Assembly (NCBI GenBank): GCA_964016885.1
Contig: OZ024741.1
Location: forward strand, 393,328,001-393,392,000
Source of the DNA: Eledone cirrhosa
Lineage: Eukaryota
Direction: 5' to 3'
DNA length: 64,000 nucleotides
Shown here: in pieces, positions 57,912 to 64,000 of the stretch
Numbering within the stretch: the stretch's first letter is position 1
Layout of the letters: each line of letters starts with the position of its first letter
Made by a program: the position numbers and the translations under genes
The notes under the pieces: model-generated
Told to the model about the DNA's origin: nothing
What the model saw: only the letters and a program-made list of their open reading frames with translations
The model's database searches: none

Positions 57912-58479
57912 CTCAATGATGGGGCGTATGATCAGGGAGAGGAAGTAGGACAGTCTGTAGTTACTAGCAATGTTACTAGCAAAGAATCATCTGTGCTCTA
58001 CCAACATGCTAAGATAGAACACAGGGGTAAATTAGAGAGCATAGAAATAAAAATAGAATCCACACACAAGAAAGACGCAATGTTTAGACAAATTACAGAG
58101 GCAGTAAGCATAAAAGAATTAAAACCAAAATTAAATAGAAAATATGAGTGGAACAGCAACATCACAACTTACAATTAAGGACAAAATGAAAACACACACA
58201 CACATAGAACAAACAACTTACAATTGAAAACACACACAAAATGAAAACACACACAAGACAAAATGAAAACACACACACACATAGAACAAACAACCAACCA
58301 ACAATAAATAAATAAATAAACAAACAAATAGAAAAATATAAATAGAAAAATAGAAAAATGAACACAAACACACACAGACACCCGGATGTGGCGCATGCGC
58401 AATCTGAGCACGCAACCCACACACAAACAAAATGGCGTAGGATAGAAGAAAGGAAAGGCACAGAAACGAAGAAATCGCC

Positions 58480-58524
58480 AGTCACTGAAGAGGTCACAGA
58501 GTGTGTGACGAAAGAACTATGACT
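58480..58524 (+). ncRNA. Minimal type I hammerhead ribozyme in pLTR
   Basis: Same motif as 50232-50276. Confidence 0.75.
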
Positions 58525-58740
58525 ATATATATATAAACAACTATCTGGTTGTGGAACCAACCAACCAACCAGAAATTTATAAATTTGTAAATTTATAAAT
58601 ATAGAATAAATTAAATTGAAGTGAAAGCAACTGGTGCGTGTGTTTCTTATTGGCAACATGACCCTCCCAAAGTATAACAATATCGGCTTCAACACACGAT
58701 TTCAGATAAAGAATCTTGCTAAACAAATTCAGAAACGAAA

Positions 58741-58780
58741 TATATATACATATAAAAACTTTAACTTAATTGTATATACA

Positions 58781-58820
<40 letters not shown>

Positions 58821-59693
58821 CACATACATATATATATATATATACACATACATATATATATATATATACACACATACATATATATATATATATATACACA
58901 TACATATATATACACATATATATATATATATACATATACACATACATATATATACATATACACATACATATATATATACATATACACATACATATATATA
59001 TACATATACACATATATATATATATGCATATACACATATATATAAACATATACACATACATATATATATATATGCATATACACATATATATAAACATATA
59101 CACATATATATGTATATGTATATACGTATGTACATGTATACATATATCTATACATATATATACATACATGTATGCATCTATACACATATACATACATATA
59201 TATACACACACTCACATACATATATACACACATACATATATACACATACATTCATATAGACATACATATAGATACACATACATATAGATACACATACATA
59301 CATATAGATACACATACATACATATAGATACACATACATACATATAGATACACATACATACATATAGATACACATACATACATATAGATACACATACATA
59401 CATATAGATACACATACATATATATAGATACATATACATATAGATACACATACATACATATAGATACACATACATACATATAGATACACATACATATATA
59501 TAGATACATATACATATAGATACACATACATACATATAGATACACATACATACATATAGATACACATACATATATATAGATACACATACATTTATATATA
59601 GATACACATACATTTATATAGATACACATACATACATATAGATATACATATACATATCTATACATATATGTATATAAATATATATGTATATAC

Positions 59694-59724
<31 letters not shown>

Positions 59725-59843
59725 CATATATACATATATATACATATATATATACATATATACATATATATATACATATATACATATATATATCTATACA
59801 TATATGTATATACATATATATATCTATACATATATGTATATAC

Positions 59844-59876
<33 letters not shown>

Positions 59877-60273
59877 CATACATATATATATCTATACATA
59901 TATGTATATACATATATATATCTATACATATATGTATATACATATATATATCTATACATATATGTATATACATATATATATACATATATATACATACATA
60001 TATATATACATACATATATATATCTATACATATATATATATATACATACATATATATATACATACATATATATATCTATACATATATATATCTATACATA
60101 TATATATCTATACATATATATATCTATACATATACATATCTATACACATATATATATCTATACATATATATATCTATACATATATATATCTATACATATA
60201 TATATATCTATACATATACATATGTATAGATATATACATATATATATGTATATACATATATATATACATATAT
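58741..60273. repeat. Compound TA/CA/TAGA micro- and minisatellite (includes a 20-bp unit CATATAGATACACATACATA)
   Basis: Direct reading. Confidence 0.95.
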
Positions 60274-60321
60274 AACCCATACAAGCGTGGAAGATGGACG
60301 TTAAACGATGATGATGATGAT
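60274..60321 (+). mobile_element. Extreme 3' tail of an RTE inserted in microsatellite
   Basis: AACCCATACAAGCGTGGAAGATGGACGTTAAACGATGATGATG. Confidence 0.8.
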
Positions 60322-60544
60322 ATATATATGCATATACATATATATATACATGTGGATGTATTTTGGTGTTGTACTAAGCAGAGAATAATAATAATATGAA
60401 CGAAGTGTCAAATCTTCATAACATTTATTGAGGTGACATGCGTTTCGCGATTGATTAGCTCAATGTTCGATCTGTGTCGATCGGGCCCAACTCTGGAATC
60501 AAAAACTATTCAGACTTTTGTTATCGAGCGTAATGACGGAATGA

Positions 60545-60586
60545 TACATGTATATATACACACATATATATATATACATACATACA

Positions 60587-60630
<44 letters not shown>

Positions 60631-60969
60631 TTTGCTCTACGGTTCTTATATATCTGATATATATTTATCCTTATCGAACCCTCTTTGGATTTTAGTCTTC
60701 AAATCTATTATTATTAATATATATATATATATATGTGTGTGTGTGAGTATATATATATACATACATGTATGTATATACATATACGTGTATATATATATAT
60801 ACATACATGTATGTGTATATATACATACATACATGTATGTGTATATATACATACATACATGTATTTATATACATACATACATGTATTTATATACATACAT
60901 ACATGTATTTATATACATGCATACATACATGTATTTATATACATGCATACATACATGTATATATATATT

Positions 60970-61049
<80 letters not shown>

Positions 61050-61611
61050 CATACATGTATATATATATACATACGTGTGGCGGCGTGGTTAGAGAATTGG
61101 ATTCACAATCATGGGGTTGTGAGTTCGATTCCCGGACCAGGCGATGCGTTATGTCCTTGAGCAAGACACTTTATTTCACGTTGCTCCTTCTACCTGGAGT
61201 TGCGACCGATAGATAGTATTAGCAAATGGAAAGACTGTTTAATCGGTCCGATTTGACGAAAGTCGATCGATTATATATACATGTATGTATATATACATAC
61301 ATGTATGTATATATATATATATACATACATGTATGTATATATATGTATACATGTATATTATATACATATATATATACATGTATATATCGGTATGAATCCA
61401 GCTTGTGAGCGATGTCCACTTTATTAAATAGCTCTGTTCTATACATAGAGCACTCTTTTTTCCGTTGCTTTTCCTTCGGAATTACCTAACACGAAAAGAT
61501 ATATATATATATATATACATGTATACATATATATATATATATATACATGTACGTAAATATATATATATACATGTATGTGTGTAAATATATATACATGTAC
61601 ATCTATGTGTG

Positions 61612-61642
<31 letters not shown>

Positions 61643-61663
61643 ATATATATATATACATGTATG

Positions 61664-61696
<33 letters not shown>

Positions 61697-61743
61697 ATAT
61701 ATATATATATATACATGTATGTATATATATATATATATACATG

Positions 61744-61789
<46 letters not shown>

Positions 61790-61913
61790 TATGTGTGTAT
61801 ATATATATGTATATATACATATGTGTGTGTGTGTATAAATATACATGTATAGAAACGTGTAAAATCCCGACAGCGGCGCCAAGCGGTCTCAGCTTGTGTG
61901 GTCAGTAAACACT

Positions 61914-61979
<66 letters not shown>

Positions 61980-61980
61980 T
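60545..61980. repeat. TA/TACATG-rich microsatellite blocks with short unique islands
   Basis: Direct reading. Confidence 0.9.
61078..61200 (+). mobile_element. tRNA-derived SINE head + CORE-like domain
   Basis: GTGGTTAGAG...GAGTTCGATTCCC, then CCTTGAGCAAGACACTTTATTTCACGTTGCTCC. Confidence 0.8.
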
Positions 61981-63869
61981 TTATAACTACGCTTAGATAT
62001 GGCTAAGATGGGACAGTACAGCAGCATCACCAACATTATTTGCTACTCTCTGAAGATGTACATAAGCTAATGAATATTATATACGCGAAGTAAAATACTT
62101 GTACAAAAAAATCAGAATCGGATGATTATGATAATAATAATAATTAAAACAATCAATCAATCATTAATGATGTTCAAACAATCAAGTAAATATACATATT
62201 CCTCCACAAAAAATGATGGAAAAAAATAGACATGGCGATAGTGATGTATAATTTTGTATCAAACTTTATTAAAAGTTAGTGGTTGGATGAAAAATAATTC
62301 TCTAGGGAAAAGAAATGTGTGAGAAATAACAAAAAGAATGAATGATATAAATTGCGACATCACTCAATAGAAGGTTACTTACGAAAAGTGATTCTTCACC
62401 ATGTTGGAGAGAGCTCCGCTTGAGTTGACCTCCTAGAATTGAACTCTTCAAACAGAAGAGAGTTACACTAGAAATATTCTTTCAAAGCAAAAGAGCTCCT
62501 CTGCATCTTTGCTAGAATTATCTTCACTGTTCACTGTGATTATATCTATAACATCATCGTTATATATAACACTCCCTCTCTCTTTTTAAAAGTATTAATA
62601 ATTTGATGCGATCATAAAATTAAAAGTCAATTCATTAAATATTCTATTAGATACCATATTTTACTGTGCACATCTATTTGATTCTAAATTTGTAAACATT
62701 CCCGTTCGATATTTGAAATTTAATAGACGTACCTTTCCAGTAACAAGCATAACTCAAAACTTCAAAACATCTGACTGAACTATCTAAAAGACTACTACTT
62801 TTGAAGAGACGCCAGAAAAGTTGGCAATTTTTCGAAAATGGAATCTCTGTTAAAAATCCATTTACTACTAATAAAAAATCTGATGATATTTTACTTGAGG
62901 TCTTTTAATTTTTTTTTTTTTTATTTTTTTTTTTTTTTACTACTAACACAATTTTGACTGAGATAATAATGTAGGCAAATTGAAAATTCATTAAATGTAT
63001 AGATGTTTTGATCTTGTACTGATAATTTTAGTTGATGGTTTGGGGTTTTTTGTTATTTTTTTTTTTTTTTTTTTTTTTGCTAAAAAGTATGTATTTTGCT
63101 ATATACTGTAAAGGAAGATTAGCTGTTTCAGGAAAAGTAATCGATACTCATAAATCAGTTTCCCCCTAACAAACTATGAAATAGTCTGCTGGAATCCACA
63201 AAAACTGTGACTAAATTTTGTTTGTAAAATACACAGGTAGCATGTTGTAATGCATCTAAGCACTGTACACAATAATTTTCATTATTATTTTAAAATAGAA
63301 TGAAGATTATTATTAATGAAAGATTTTATGTCAAATTAATCACTTTAAAAGTTGAAATATATTAGAAATATTCATGTGCTCTTTGTGGCAGTGGATTGGT
63401 AAATGAATAAAATGCTTTAAGGAATTTAGTTATGCCTTTTTACATACTGACTTGTCGTTCATTCTTTTGAGGTTTGATATAATTAGTAGCAGCGAGGAAC
63501 GGCAATCAATCTTTATAGGAGGAAGTATCTTAAATTAAGATCATTATGTCAAGAAAAAGAAAGGATTAGTTGTAAATGACCAATTGGAGCAGTTTTGGTT
63601 ATAGATAACAAGAATGTTAAGATGTAACACTGAGTGATGGTAGATAGATAAAAGGAATATAATGGAAAGCAACAACTGTCTTGGACCAGAAATTGTTACA
63701 TATAAAAATATTATCTGTTCAAAAATATGTACATTTAAACGAATTTATATGAAAGGTCAACACTTAGCAGGGTCGAAAAGCACATTTCATTGAGGACTAC
63801 AATCAAATTGATAAACCATATTTAGCACTTTCCTAACCATGTATTTCACATACCTTCTTTCATCTTCTT

Positions 63870-64000
63870 GCTCTTGCTTAATGAGGTCATCCTAAGCCAG
63901 CAATCTGATGCATAGAGCTAACAAGGTCCACCAGCACCCTCCATCGTTGGCGGTCCCCTGCCAGTTCTTCAGCATCCTCCAAGGTAATGTCGAGCCTCTG
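63870..64000 (-). mobile_element. 3' end of another RTE-type LINE ORF
   Basis: Minus strand QRLDITLEDAEELAGDRQRWRVLVDLV, matching the RTE terminal A.DR..WR motif. Confidence 0.7.

Larger units (their letters stand above)
55902..58740 (-). mobile_element. Penelope-like retroelement, 5'-truncated, with inverted pLTR at 57981-58740
   Basis: RT + GIY-YIG ORF; partial pLTR 55902-56160; inverted copy ending at (TA)n. Confidence 0.93.

Noticed and set aside
60428-60495. Minus-strand CGAAACGCATGTC resembling a hammerhead 3' half
   Set aside because: No intact CUGAnGA core or convincing stems; at most a decayed relic

Overview
Repeat-dominated, AT-rich eukaryotic (metazoan) genomic DNA with no confidently identifiable host gene. 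The mix of very long (TA)n/(TACA)n tracts, tRNA-derived CORE- and Meta-type SINEs and RTE LINEs resembles an octopus/cephalopod genome (inference, not verified). Roughly a quarter of the window is microsatellite, which explains all the long Y/I/M/C/V ORFs, and there is a 200-N gap. The rest is nested mobile DNA: about 10 RTE-clade LINE copies from at least three families, a degenerate Tx1/L1-like LINE, a young Penelope-like element (RT + GIY-YIG) with inverted pseudo-LTRs abutting (TA)n, an older Penelope remnant, mariner and hAT transposase relics, tandem and inverted non-autonomous Helitrons, TTAA MITEs and many SINEs. Most notable: (1) a complete C4HC3 PHD finger inserted in the C-terminal part of the RT domain of one RTE family and absent from a sister family in the same window; (2) five type-I hammerhead ribozyme motifs of three unrelated sequence types, all within islands in TA microsatellite; (3) a Penelope-RTE chimera joined at a 7-bp microhomology; (4) rolling-circle-type Helitron junctions arranged as a palindrome.
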